A stretch of 64,000 bases of DNA from Callorhinchus milii (taxonomy: Eukaryota): assembly GCF_018977255.1 (NCBI RefSeq), contig NW_024704743.1:6574001-6638000 (forward strand), given 5' to 3'. Position numbers and translations under genes: made by a program. Numbering within the stretch: the stretch's first letter is position 1; each line of letters starts with the position of its first letter. The notes beneath the pieces were generated by a model that was given only the letters and a program-made list of their open reading frames with translations, was not told the origin of the DNA and did not search any database. Below, one piece after another: positions 1 to 13,558 of the stretch.

Positions 1-673
1 TTGTTGTGCATAGAACCCTTCATCAGCTCCCATGAGAATAGCCTGAAACAACAGAGAGCTGTTGCAAACAACAGGAAGCAACAACAGCATTTACATTGCT
101 CCTTTCATTTAAAGCGCTTTACAAAATAAGATAAATTAGAAATGAAGTGATTGTTAATATGGAGACAAATGTGCCAGCCAGCAATGTCCTATAAATGACA
201 ATGAAATGAGCAGCCAGTTCCTTTGAATTTAGAGGTAAATATAGATGAAGAGGGAATGTATAACTGGGAGGAAGTCTCCACATTTGAGTAACATATTAGC
301 AGGAGTAGCATACACCTGAATGACAAGGCAGAAATAACCTATATTAATGATACAATCAGATAAATGGGGTAATGATATGTAAATAAATACATAATGATAA
401 ATAATAAACTTGTATTTATATAGAATGTTGAAAAGTATGCAAACATGGCAGTTAAATCCTTCCACAAATAATGAGATAGGTATCAAATTAATTAGAATAT
501 TTTGGGGGTGAATTAGATTCCAAAGGGATATTGGCCAGAACACATTACTTATTACATTTAAATTTAATGGGAAAGGGTCTTTGCAGTGTAATGACACTGT
601 CTGAGGGAATCCTAAACTAAAAGTCCTTCCTTTGAGTTAAAGCCATTGTTTACACCAGGAAACTGACTATATA

Positions 674-1043
674 GGAATCTTGCAAATCAGTGGTTAGAGC
701 ACTCGCCTCGCAAGCGAGAGGACCTGGGTTCGATTCCCAGGCAGGGTGAAACGTTAGGCAAGTTTCCTTACTCCACCCACCTTTGTTTACCGAGCATTAA
801 GTAGGAACCTGATTGTTAGTCAATTGGCAGATCACTTTTCCGGGGGTAATAATTCCTTAAAAAAATAACAATTTGGTAACTCAATCCACGACTGTTTGTG
901 GAACACTGCTGTGCGTAATTGGCTGCCACGATTCTCCGATAAAATATACAGTTAACTCATTCTTATATTCTTTGAAGTGCTTTGAGACGTCTAGAAGACA
1001 TGATAAGGCGCTCTATCAATTGCAAGGATTATTATTATTATTA
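674..1043 (+). mobile_element. tRNA(Ala-like)-headed SINE with L2-type tail, long form
   Basis: Box A-like tcagtggttagagc, stem-loop ctcgc-ctcgcaa-gcgag, box B ggttcgattcc, body ggaacactgctgtgcgtaattggctgcc, tail ...tgcaagga(tta)n. About 11 similar copies occur in the window. Confidence 0.9.
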
Positions 1044-4000
1044 TATCAGGTTTGAAGAAGGTGAATGGGAGATTTACACCAGTGCTACTTAAGGAATAAA
1101 ATAGTGTTCCTTAATGCTCATTCGTTATGCTAATTAACACAAGGAACAAGTTAAAAAACACTGCACTTGTAACCCCTTTAATTCTAAATTTCATGTGGGA
1201 TAACTCTCAAATTTCTCAGTATCGGTTTCAGATAGCTCCTAATGTGACAAGGAGTATTATAACTCTGAGAATCTACTCCAAGAACAACATTTTCTGTTAC
1301 TATAGTTTCCATGAAACGATTCTAACACAACAGCATCAGCAAATTCTTAAGAAAATGTTGAGCTACATTTTTTCTGTAAGTTGTGTATTGGATTTTGAGC
1401 TCATGGGGTGGATCGTTTAAAGGTATGTTCAGCCACACAGAACATTTATTCTATTTTCTAATAGTTTTCTCAAAAGTACATTACATACTTCCTTTCCCCA
1501 CAAGTGTTTTTACATTTGTATGTCCACTGTAAAACTACATTTAATTTGATTACAAATATTTGAGAATGTACATGATCTGGTCCATTTATGGTGATACACA
1601 TCAGCTACTGTTTTATGTAAAATTTACATCACCATATATTTATATTATAATCCTCTATTTTTTCTTGTAAAACAAATTTATGTATACTTATATCAGTGTG
1701 CCCTTTATCCACTCACTTTGAATAATAAGAAAAAAAGTAATAGAATCAGGATGTCACAGTAAAAAATACCACAATGTTAAAGTCAAAGATTTTTATTTTT
1801 CAGTCGAAAAAGAATGAAATGTATTCAGGCAAAGGTAGTTGCATTACTGTTTTTTTTAGCCCAAAACGTTGTTATAAATCCTCAGGACAAGGTCATAAGC
1901 CCCCAGAGGGCTATTGTGATCCAGTAACTTATTAGTATTATATATAATATGTATATGTTTCATAACAGTGTAATCTTGGCACACTTTCAAATTCCTGGTA
2001 AACCCATGAAAGTCCTGATATAAATAGTATCATTTTAATATTAAAACAAAGTGTAAACGGCTAGAGTTTTTAAGCCTGAAGCAACATAAATACATGTTCC
2101 AGACCATTAAGAAGCAAAGAATACATATCTGTTCAACAGGCACAATTGCTCAAACCAAATAAATTCCATTCAATCGCAAATTGTTGATCTTTTAGATTTT
2201 GACAAATTACTCTGGGAAATCACCACTAAAGCTACATGTGGAATTAAGTAAGTGAGCAGAAGGTAAAGCTTACCTTTCACTTGATAACTTGTAAGGTCAC
2301 ATTTATGCTTAAATATTTAAAACGTTGGATAAAGCACCAGCATATTTAGTTACTAATATATAAATATGTCATGACACAATATTTTGTGGTAATAAATGAG
2401 TATATTTACATTTCTTGTAAACCTCATTATTTTCTGTTACAGCCCCCCTGCTTTCAGCCGTCACCACTTCTGCTTTCAGCTTCAGTAAGGCAATCTGCAG
2501 TTTCTCAATGGCTGCCATTAAAGCTGCTCCTATAATCATCAACCAGAAAGTGCTTCTCTGTATGATGGAACTGGTCCTCTTGAACTTTAATCCCCCTCCC
2601 CAACATAAAGTGCTCCATGTAGATTTGGCAAGCCCTACCACAAACAGTCAACTTTGAATCCGAGTCAGGATTGGGATGTAAACTTGTACACCTCTGCACT
2701 TCCTATCTTATGAATAAGTGGATAAGTACTGGCAACTTTTATGACATTGGTAATTTTTATGACTGTTCTGTCTTTTTATTTTGATGTATTTAAACGAAAA
2801 TACTCGTCAAAATCAGACCATTGCTTAATTTTGATGACCTGTCCTTTGTACGACCTTCTACATTGTTAACATGTTCTACATGAAAAGTCATGAGATTTGA
2901 TTTATTAATCTTTATTCCATATTACTTAGTGTAAAATAAACAATTTTTGCTACATTTTATTTGGGATTTACATTCACCTAGGTAGTCACCACTTAGTTCT
3001 GTATAGCACACTATTAGCAAATAAATGATTATTTACATAGTGTACAAAATATGATTGATTTATGCATGTTCTTAGAATGATGGGGAGGAGGCTAGCGAAA
3101 AGTCAGCATAAACGTAAAAATCTCTGGTAATATAATTTACATCTGTGTACCTCTCATGAAAGTTTCTAGTGTTCACCAAAATCTTTACTATATGAAACCT
3201 TGTAACATTTAGGAATCAATATGGTACAGATATATTTTGCCAAAAATAAATATTATTTGTTCGGCTCCTTCTATTTGCCACAGTGCATTTATTGTACAGT
3301 GTGACAGGGAAGAAGAAATTAAATTGATGTTAAATTGTGATCCCCTCTACAAAATAGATTATATTATTAACCACCACATATCATCGTATTTCACTTCTCA
3401 ATGTAATGTTAAGTGCTCCAAGATTCTACTCCGTGTGAAGGACGCTATATAAACGTAAGTTGTTTTTGTTATATCTACCTACTAAAAAATAATATAAAAG
3501 GATCCGGTATCCCAAATAGATGTCTTAAAAATTGAACTGCTGGGTAGAAATGTCCACAGCGTTGGTGCTGCATTATCAAAAGCATTTCAGACCTACCTTA
3601 TCACTGAAATTCCAGCACATCAATGCAAACATACCCTAAATATCCATTAAGAAGTGGGTGCAGCCAATTCCCCCCAAAAAACTCATTCCTGATGATAGCA
3701 GATAGCACCTCTGACAATGTGGTACCTCTATATTTGTGAGAAGCAAGACTATGAATGTCAACTCCCAAAATGGAAAATGAACCACAAGCTTCTGACCCAA
3801 AGGCAAGAGTGATACCAAATCAGCCAAGCTGACTTGTATAACACAAAACACCAGAACATATGATTGTTGTTGTTGTTAATGTCTCGGATTTCAGAGTGCT
3901 TCACAAGGCTAGGGTGGGACACTGAGCAAGAAAGGGGAGAGAAAGGGAGAAGGAAGGTGATCTATGTGCAGCTATAGAGGTATGTTTTTTAGGTGGGATT

Positions 4001-5030
4001 TAAAGATAGATTAGTACTGTACAATACAATCTAAGCGTTCTGAGACACTACACGCATGAACAACAACAGCTTGCATTTATATAGTGCCCTTCACGCCAGA
4101 CAGTGTCTTGGAGTGCTTATAAAAGCAAGTTGTTGTTGTAAACATGTAAAATTTCAAAAATGTACTTCAGCGTACTATATTATTGCAATGGAAAAATGTG
4201 AAACAAATTATTAGTGAAATACCCATAAAGCTAACAGAAACCAGGCAGAGGTAGAAGTGCCATTGATGATGGAATGAATAGCAGAATTTGTGGGTGGGTA
4301 AGAGGGAGATTTAGAACAAACATTTTTCTCTACAAATTCCACAGTAAAACCGCCAAGCATGAAAATAAATGTACAAGTGGAGTGTGTGCTGAAAACTGGA
4401 GATTTGCAGAGTTCAGAACCGATTAAATAAAATCTACTGAACTGTCAACAAATCACTTATTCTGTGGGACCAAGGCAGATTTCTGCAACATTAAATTTTG
4501 TTTTCTCAGGTGGAATAAAGACAAAAAAAGACACATTTACAATGTGTGCTTTATTTACATTCATAATATAAAATGGCTGTTTAAGTACTAAGTCCTGGAG
4601 ATCATGGAGTCTGAAATGTGGCATTTCTACAGGATTTCTTATTAAGCCATATAAATGCAGACTTCTTTCAGTAACCTGGAATTACATCACTCTGACCTGC
4701 AGGCACATTGCTCCAATGCAATATTACAGGCAGGATATCGTAGCATTATAGAGAAGGCACCATAGATTTTCTACAATTTACCATGGAATCAATATGATTT
4801 ACACTACAGTTTACATTTATATAGCAGCTTTCACATTGGGAAGATGTTTCAAAGCAGTTAATACTGCTGGCTGGGCTTCTGACCTGGAGGTGGAAAGCTG
4901 AAGAGGGTGGGGAGGGGAAAGGTGACTGAAAGGGGTGGTCAAACAGGAGCGTACCTTAAATGAGAAGAGGGAAGGAATGAGTCGGAGGGATTCCGAGATG
5001 GAGTTTCAAAGAATGGGTGTAGAATGGATG

Positions 5031-5400
5031 AAACAAAACGCAAAATACTGCAGATGTTGGAAATCTGAAACAAAAAGAGATGTGGCTTCGAACACTCAGC
5101 AGGTCAGGCAGCATCTATGGAGAAAGGAAAGCAAGTCAAAGTTTCAGGCCCATGATCCTTCGTCAGAACTGGGGAAAGTTGGGAGAGGCTTTTAAAGGCT
5201 AACAGAGAGGGGAGAGACAGGGTAAGGAAGACAAAGGAGCCCCTTGCCCTTGCCTGGCCTCCCCCCTCTCTGTTAACCATTAAAAGCCTCTCCCTCCCAA
5301 CATGCCCCAGTTCTGACGAAGGGTCGTGGACCCGAAACGCTGACTCACTTTCCTTTCTCCATAGATGCTGCCTGACAAGATGAGTGTTCCCAGCGACTTC
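5031..5400. mobile_element. Penelope-like-element-derived foldback with ~125-bp inverted arms
   Basis: Arms ~5090-5212 and ~5261-5389 include a perfect 29-bp complement (5103-5131 vs 5348-5376). The ctgacga...gaaac motif resembles shark PLE terminal repeats (recalled). Confidence 0.7.
5308..5345 (+). ncRNA. Minimal type-I hammerhead-ribozyme-like motif, activity doubtful
   Basis: agtt-CTGACGA-a-GGGTC-gtg-GACCC-GAAAC-gct-gact: conserved core, stem II hairpin and short stem I. No canonical NUH cleavage triplet is evident. Confidence 0.4.
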
Positions 5401-5869
5401 TGTAAAATGGATGAAAGCCTGACTAGGGTCAAAAGCATGAACGAAGGAGTGGGTGGGAGAGGCAGAAGCAGAGGCAGCAGTGGGATTTTCGACTCAAGGA
5501 AGTTCATCACTTTCGCTCATTTTGAAATGGAGGAGAGCATGGATGAGGAATGAGAAGGCGAGTGAAAGAGTTGGTTTGTAGTGGAGAAGAGTTGCCTAGG
5601 GTTGGCATGGTCCCCCAGCATGATCCTGGAGTAGAAGGACAATTTGGCTGAGGCCAAGGTGGAGAGATAGGGTTTAGTATTGTTCAGCCTTATCTGGCAG
5701 TGAACCGTGAGACCAGATTTAATCCACATGTTAGCATGTTTTAGTTAGCATGTTCCTGTGACGTGAGGGAACGGAGATGCCGGTTGTACCAGGGGGCAGG
5801 AGGTTGTACAAGATGTGAGGCATTATTTGCTTCCAAGATGAGTGAGCTATCGAGAAAAAATGGACAAGT

Positions 5870-6265
5870 TATACCTTTTCTGTCTGTAGATGAAACAATT
5901 GAGAGGGGACCTGAATGAGGTGCACAGATTATGAAAACATTCAATAAGGTGGACAATAATAGGCTGTTTCCACTTGTTGGTGAGCCCAAAACAAGAAGGC
6001 CAGTAACAGATCTAACAGGTAGTTTAGGAGAAACTTTATACGGGAGATGGTGAGAATATGTAACTCACTGTCAGAGGCTGTGGTTGAAGCAAACAACGTC
6101 AATCAATGTATTTATGAGGAAACAATGCACACGTAAGGGAGCAAGGAATAGAGGGGTATTGTAGAAGAGATAAAGAAGGGTGGAGGCTCATGTGGAATAT
6201 ATACATCAGCATGGACTAGTTAGGCCAAATGGCCTGTTTCTATGCAGTAATGTTCTGTATAATTC
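5870..6265 (+). mobile_element. Old CR1 LINE 3' fragment
   Basis: Degenerate CR1 ORF2 C-terminal DNA (gagaggggacctgaatgaggtgcacagattatga...) followed by the 3'UTR aggccaaatggcctgtttctatgc. Confidence 0.7.
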
Positions 6266-8887
6266 TGGTAATCCATTTCCAAAGCAGAATTCCAAGGCTT
6301 GATGGGATTCCTTATGAAGGAATCTGGTTACACAGTGCAGTATTTTACACCATATTATAGGTGTAGGAAAGTAGAACAATTCAATATACAACAATTTTCA
6401 TTCCTCAACTAATAGAATTTTGAAGGGAAGCTGCATTGGAAATACTAAGCAAAACCACATGTCAGTTATGTAAACTGTTGTAGTAAAAACTATCAGATGC
6501 CTCTGGCTTATATACGGAATAATAGTGTGCTCAGCTCTTTCCAGTTCTTCAGTCTTATAAATTGTGCAGAGAGTGTGCATTGTAAATACAGTTTAAGTAA
6601 TTGTTTCTGTACTTTTCAAACAATGTCAAACTTAATTATCCATTTAAATTATCCTAACTCCAAATTGATTGCTGAGATTGATATTAAAGTTCCATCAACT
6701 GACCGTCATGTTCTGGCACTCGACATCACCACAGTACTTAACTCCAGTTTGCAAGACTGGGGTAAGCTTTTCATAGCCCATATAAAACAAATTTTCAAGA
6801 TAGAAAGATTCTAAATGTGTGCTCTATTTCATGCAATATTTTAACCATCATAAAAATGTTCTATTACATCCTCATACCATAATAATTTGAGGACTTCACA
6901 ATTCTTCAAGCAGGTCCTAATGCTTAAGGTTAAATACATGATTGTAACTAAAAGGTAATTTCTCATTACTGTTATTCTTTCATTCATTACTATGCAAGCA
7001 ATAATATGTAAATATAACCATGGCAATGTTATAAAACTATCAAGAATGTGGCAAGCTCAAAATACATTCAGGATTATTTCCACATTAATAAAAATGTAAA
7101 AATATTCAATTATTATATTGTTGGAATTTCTGCAGCCGACAATATTTCAAATGACGTCCAAATTGGACCCCAAACCATCTGCTGTTGCCGTTCAATCCAT
7201 CATCTTGCAGATCATGGCATATCATTGATGGACAGTAATACTGGCTTAACTCAACGTGTGAAATTGAAAAATGTCAAATAGTACATTTTGATAGTAAAAT
7301 GAGGGAAAGAAAATACACTAAAAAAGATAAGATTTCACATGAAGTAGTGAATCAGAGAGACTTGTGTGTGTAAATATGCAAGTCCTTTGACTGACCAGAA
7401 GCATTTGGATTCTTGACCTCATATTGCCTACCTGTTCCAGGTCTACTTTCTATGCTCCCACTGAGTATGTTAAACATTTTAGGATCTTTTCTCTTTGGCT
7501 CCATCACAGAATACTGTCAAATGGGGATTTACTTTTGACTAAATGCTACAGCCTGTTCTCATCATCTTCTTCATTCAAGATGTTATGTATGCGTCGCCCA
7601 GTTTGTGTTCTGTTGATATACTCTTATTATTTTGTGTATAATTAATGGCTATTAGCTGCTGACATTGTACAATTCTGAAATCATCGGGGAAGAAATTTCA
7701 TGTAGGTCTTGATTTACTCTATTTTTTTAGCATTACAGAGCTTGCAGAATTTGGCAAATTGTTGACTTAGCTTTGAAGCCTGTTTTCTGTAGTTCTTAAA
7801 AGAACTTGCAGAAAACCACTTCAAAATTAAGTCTGTATTTAAGAATTTTCTAAATGTTGTACAATCTAAAATGCTAAGAAAATAGCTGAAATATAGACAC
7901 ACATAAAATATCTACCCCAATATAATTATAGAATGTTATAGCACATAAACTGGGTATTTGGCCTCCACATAAATCATCCAGTCAAATCCTACACTCGCTC
8001 CTTTAAAAACCCTTTTACATTTTCGGGATTTATGAAATATTCCTTGCATTGGATATAGCATCTTATCATGTCATTGAGACTTATTAAAACTCTTTGCAGG
8101 ATTTTATTTTAAATTGCAGTGATTGTGCATTGTATAGGCAAACATGGCAGCCAATTTCCGGACAGCAATGTCCCACAAACAGCCATGAAGTGAATGACCA
8201 ATCTTATATGGGGGATTATTAGCCCAGGGGGATTGTCAGGAGAATTATTCATCTGATTCTCTTCATTTAATTTAAGGATTTGGTATTGAGTTCAAGAAAG
8301 GTTGATGGCATAGATTCCACGTTTCTACCACCCTCTGTGTAAAGAAGTATGTTCTAACCTTCCCTTTAACTATTTTTGTGATGTTTTAAATTTGTGGTCT
8401 TCATCACTTAGACTCGATGAACTCTTAGGTTTCAAAAGAGATGTGTCAGAGTAGATCTTACAAAGCATGGGATTAATGGGGTTTAGCAAATAGTCCCAGA
8501 GCAATACTTTCAGATATGCCAGGGCAGCAGAACGAGTGGGCACTGATTCAGCTCAGAAAAGGGCAGGTTTAGGACAGACCTCAGGAAGTATTCCTTTGCA
8601 CAAAAGGTAATTAACAAGTCCAGAGGAAAGGCGTTTGAGGCCAAAACACTGGATTCATTTAAGAGACAGTTTGACGTTGTGATCGGAGGGTGGGTATTCT
8701 GGAAGGATGAGAGAAATTAGATTGAAGGGCTTTCTTTACCCAAATCTCTTTTGTGATCGTGTACCTCAACAACAACAATTTGCATTTATAAAATAATAAT
8801 CCTTGCAATTTAATTTAGTGCCTTATCATGTTTTTGAGATGTCTCAAAGCGCTTCAAAGCTTGCACTTCAACAACTTGCATTTATAT

Positions 8888-9292
8888 AATAATCATAATA
8901 ATAATAATCCTTGCAATTTGATATTACGCCTTATTACATTCTGATAATGTAATAAGGAAATGCTTTGAGACTGTTAAGTGGATTGACTGTATTTTGTGGG
9001 TGAAATATGGCAGCCAGTTTATGCACAGCAATGTCCCACAAACAGCCATGGAGTAAGTGACCATTTTATTTGGGGGATTTGTTAGCCAGGCTATGGGATC
9101 TATAAAATCCAGGCAGATGGGACCTCGGTTTAACATCTCATCTGAAGGATGGCACCTCCCACAATGTAGCGCACCCCCAGCATTGCATTGGAGTGTCAAT
9201 TTAGGCTACGTGATTCCAAATCCCTATGTGGGGCTTGAGGCCACAACCTTCTGACTCAGAGGCGAGAATGCTACCACTGAGCCAGGCTGACA
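8888..9292 (-). mobile_element. SacSINE1/DeuSINE-like SINE, near full length
   Basis: Minus strand has head ggctcagtggtagcattctcgcctctgagtcagaagg, Deu-like core ccttcagatgagatgttaaaccgaggtccc and the shared 3' body and tail. Confidence 0.85.
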
Positions 9293-9349
9293 GAGTCATG
9301 CAGAGTCATTTCTTGGATCACTTAACATTGATGGAGCTTGACACTGAAC

Positions 9350-9790
9350 CAGGGGGAGACAGGAACTAACTAAAGGCACAGTTGAAGAAAAAGGTCTTCA
9401 GGTGTGGGAGAACAAGGTGGAATGATTGAGGCAGAGAGTTCAAGAGTCTCGGGTTGTAGTGGCTGAAAGCATGGCCCCCATAGTGGTAGAGCAGCAGGAG
9501 GCTGGAGCAAGCTGAGCAAAAGGGATAGTTACAGGAGTGTGGTGTAAGCAGATTGTAGAGGTAGGGGATGCCAGAGTATGAAGTATGCAAGTGTGAGGAT
9601 CTTGAAATCGATCTGTTCTAGGCTTGGGAGCCAGTGGAGCCTGGCAAGAACTAGAGTGATGGGGTACGGAGTTTAGTATGAATGTGGATATGGGGAGCAG
9701 AGTTGGGTAATCCAGCAAGCAGAGCGTGGGAGAAATCAAGCCTAGACGTGATAAATGCATGAATTAAGGTCTCAGCATCCTGAGAGGAAA
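9350..9790 (-). mobile_element. L2 LINE 3' fragment
   Basis: ORF 9366..9590 (GGHAFSHYNPRLLNSLPQS...HLKTFFF) is L2 ORF2 C-terminus-like. Confidence 0.75.
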
Positions 9791-11829
9791 GGCAGTTACT
9801 AGTTTCCCTATTGTAAATAATCTTGAAGACCTCTATCTATTAGCTCCCTTGAAAAAGAAACAACTTCTCAAGAACCACATGATAATTGAAACACCTTCAT
9901 CTCCAGTAAGATCCAGTGGCGAAACCATTTATTTTTGTAATATTCAGTTATTTTGCGTAGACCGGAAGTTTTAGTTAGCTATTTTTAGATGTATTTTTTC
10001 CAATTTCAAGGTTTGTCATAGTTTTTTTTGTGTAGTCATAAATTATGTGTATATGAGGGAAGCAATTGAAGCTTTTTGCATATAATTGGAAGATTAATAA
10101 AATTGTAACTTTAATTTCCAGGCACTTGCTAACATCTTTAACATATAATATTTCTTTTTAAATTATGCAACACATATCTGCAGACACAGCTAGTTAATTT
10201 AGCCATTTCTGAGAAGTTATCTGGATTCATAGTTAGGGCAGAAAGCACACTTGTTGAAATCAAAACTGTGTACATCTATCAACAATGTAACCTAAGGTGT
10301 AATGATCATCTATGTGGGGACACAGCATGTTAGGAAGCCACATCTCAGATGCACTTAAAAGCAATTCTCTTCTTGCTGAACCTCACTCGCTTTCCTACCC
10401 CATCTGAGCAACATGTCCACCTCTTTAAGGATTTCTAATTTAGAAATTAAAAAAGATACAAGAAAGATACCAATATCATTAAACATCTACATTTACTAGA
10501 AAATTGTGAAATTATTAAATAATAATATTCCTTACATGTAGTATAATGCCTTATCGTATCTTAAAGAAGTCTCAAAACGTTTCACAGGATTTAGTGACTA
10601 TGTATTTTATAGGTGAATGTTCCTATAGTAATTTCAAGACTTTCTGGATGCCAAGGTTCTGATGGATTTTGGGTCATTCGTATATTGAGACTTATGAGGA
10701 GGTAGGGTTGTCACCCCATCAATCAGACTTTTTTTGTTTTGTTTTGTTTTGATTAAAGTGTAAGAAGTCACAGTTGAGGTGGCTCGTCAGCTCTGCTATA
10801 CTGGGTTTAAGTTGTGCCACCTGTTGTACAATTAACAACACAAAGGTGGAATTTTTTTACAGCACAGAAGACGACTATTCTGGTGGTACTGCTACTTGAG
10901 CACTGGTCATTGCGCAGCCCCTAACATTGCATTTCAAACTCTTGTTCTTTTCCAACTTGCCTTTCCAGTGACATTGAAGCGTTACATATGCAATGATGTT
11001 ATACGTTCCACACAGAATAGTAGCAAAGGCTGGGAACTGCAGCTGAGTATCAGGCAACTTTGCTCCCAGTCCTTTTTCCTGCTTCTGGTACAATTCGTTT
11101 GGTAGCACCTGGTCAGTGAAATGCAAGTCAAAGTTTTAGTAGAACACATTGTAGTGTTACATAAATGATGAAATCTTTATGTTTGTTACAGCACATGTCT
11201 GTTAAAGCCTGAAAAACCTAGGCTACCGCTAGTGCTTCAGCCACCAGGAATAACAACATACCAGTAACGGGGAAAGAGGTGCTCAATGGCACAACTGTTT
11301 TAGTCACCACTGTCTCAAAATATGGCACTTTCATTTTCAACAAGATCACAAGATTGGATTCGATGAAGAAGATCCTTTGGCGAATTAGAACTAATCCTTC
11401 CAGAATACTCACTCTATAGGCTAGCTTACTATTATTGTTATTATTATTATTATTACCCATCACAGCATCAGGCTGTTTTTTACACGAGTTCAGTGTGCTG
11501 GCCTCAACTATCTTTCTTGGCAACCTGTCCAATCTTTACTTATCCTCTCAGTAAAGAAATAATAACCAACAAATTATTAGTTGGTCCACAACAGAATGCA
11601 GACTATCATCAGTGGACCCATAGTTTTATATTGTAATCACTTATAAAAACATAAGTTGATTAAAAACAGCTAGCATAGATTTGTTAGAGGCAGGTCTTGC
11701 TTGACAAATCTGAAAGACTTCTTTGTAAGCGATCGGAGAAGCTACCCCATGTGAAGGGCACTATATAAATGCAAGTTGGTGATGTTGATGCAATAACTGT
11801 ATAAGAGGCCTGTAAAAAAAAAGTTCATC

Positions 11830-12165
11830 ATAAATAATCATAATATCCTTACATTTGGTATAGCACCTTTCACATCAGGAGAATATCTCAAATTGCTTTG
11901 TAGGATTTACTGTGAAATGGAGTGATTTACAAGTGAACACGGCAGCCGAAATGCACAGAGTAATGTACCACAAACAGTTATTAAATGAATGACCCATTTT
12001 ATTTGAGGCATTGTTGGCCAGGATGCCAGGAGAAAATCATTTCTCTTTTCGTATAGTGCCATGGAATCTTTAAAATCTACCTGAACAGGCATCGGGACCT
12101 TAGTTTAAATCTCCAACAATGAAACACACTCCCAACACTGCACTGGAGTGTCAGCTTAGATTCTA
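11830..12165 (-). mobile_element. SacSINE1/DeuSINE-like SINE, degenerate
   Basis: Shares gtgccatggaatcttt, cactgcactggagtgtcagc and the tail with the 8888-9292 copy. Confidence 0.75.
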
Positions 12166-12184
12166 TGAGTTTAAGTCTGATATG

Positions 12185-12735
12185 AGGTGGTTCAGAGAGG
12201 TTGGGAACACGCAGCAGTCCTGCCTGTAGATGTTACCCGAGCACAGGGCCAGGCTGAGGAGTGGGATACAAGCAGGTGAGAGATGTAGGGAGGTGCTAGG
12301 CTGTGAAGGGATCTGTTACGAGGATCCTACTCTTGAAATTGATTTGTTTGGAGCCAGTCCAAACTAGTGAGGATTGAGGTGATGGATGTTCAGTGTTTGA
12401 AACAGGTGAGGATACAGGCATCATAGATTTTGTTGTTGACGCTATGTTTTTATTATTAGCTGGACCTTGTGGATAGTGGTACTAGGTTAATCAGTGAGGC
12501 GTGCGTTTGAGAAATCAAGGCAGGTGATGAAAAAAGCATGGATAAGAGTTTCAATGGCATATTGTGTGAGATAGGGTCAGAGGTGGGCAATATGATGGAG
12601 CTAGAGGAAAGCAGTCTTGGGCAGGCGCCGAACGATGGATAGGCCCAGGAATTTGGTGAGTTTGAGAGAAAGTCCATATAGGTTGAAGACATCAGAGTCG
12701 GAAGTGAGGAAATGTTGTTGGGAGCCAAGGAGGAT
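12185..12735 (-). mobile_element. Old L2 LINE fragment
   Basis: Purine-rich plus strand parallel to the L2 RT C-terminus (ttgttgggagccaaggag; cf. 20530-20560 on the other strand). Confidence 0.6.
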
Positions 12736-13558
12736 GGAGATTTTTAACATTACAAGGGAATTTATATAAATAGGGATACATCATTTCCAAGTCAGTGAGT
12801 GAGTGACTAGAGGACATCAATTAAAAATAATAAGCAAGGGAGAAAAGGCAGGGATTAGGAGAATTTGTTTTACCTGTTGTGTATGGTGGCAGAGGCAGGA
12901 TCCATATTAGCTTTCAAAAGGAAACGACATAAATATTTTAAAAGGATAATTTACAAGGTGTTTTACTGCTACCCGAGTCATAATCTTGAATTCATGTCTT
13001 CTTGTCCTCAAGTGCCCTACCAACAGGTAGTTTACATGATGAATTCTTTCAAATCCTTTCATTATTTCAAATACCTATACCATATCTTATCATGGCAGAC
13101 TTCACTGTTTCAATGGGAATAGTCCTAACCTCTCAAGCCCCATGTTGAGATCACGATCAGAGATATATCTTATTTCAGATGAATGCTAAAGTTTTCTTTC
13201 CCAATGTACTGGTCAACAATCCTCCAAATTAATTAGTAATTTAACTCATGGTTGTTTGTGGGCCTTGTTGCATACAAAACGGCTGCCATATTTGTCTACA
13301 AACCCTATATTTGACAGTAACTATTGTAAAGTGCCTTTCAATGTGAGAAGGCACTATAAAAATAAAAGTTCTATCTACATATCACTGTAGCACCTCAGTA
13401 TGGAAGGCTGGTGCCAGGTACTATATTAAATTGAGGAATCGTCATGAAGGGAAAGAAAAATTTTATGAGCAGGTTTGGAGTGATGCAAGATATTATTGAT
13501 GCCTGTCTGGCTTATTAAGGAAGCTTTTTGATGGCGCAGAAATCCTGATGGATATACA

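Larger units (their letters stand above)
4810..5735 (-). mobile_element. Degenerate L2 LINE fragments interrupted by the palindromic element at ~5031-5400
   Basis: Track ORF 5517..5729 (WIKSGLTVHCQI...AKLSFYSRI) parallels the L2 at 51170-51330; L2 3' tail-like sequence near 4810. Confidence 0.7.

Noticed and set aside
229..597. 122-aa minus-strand ORF
   Set aside because: AT-rich intron with no recognisable domain and no ODAD2 similarity; a chance ORF.
2369..2699. Short ORFs as the possible missing next ODAD2 exon
   Set aside because: No resemblance to the expected DAGEMVRSFVGG... sequence.
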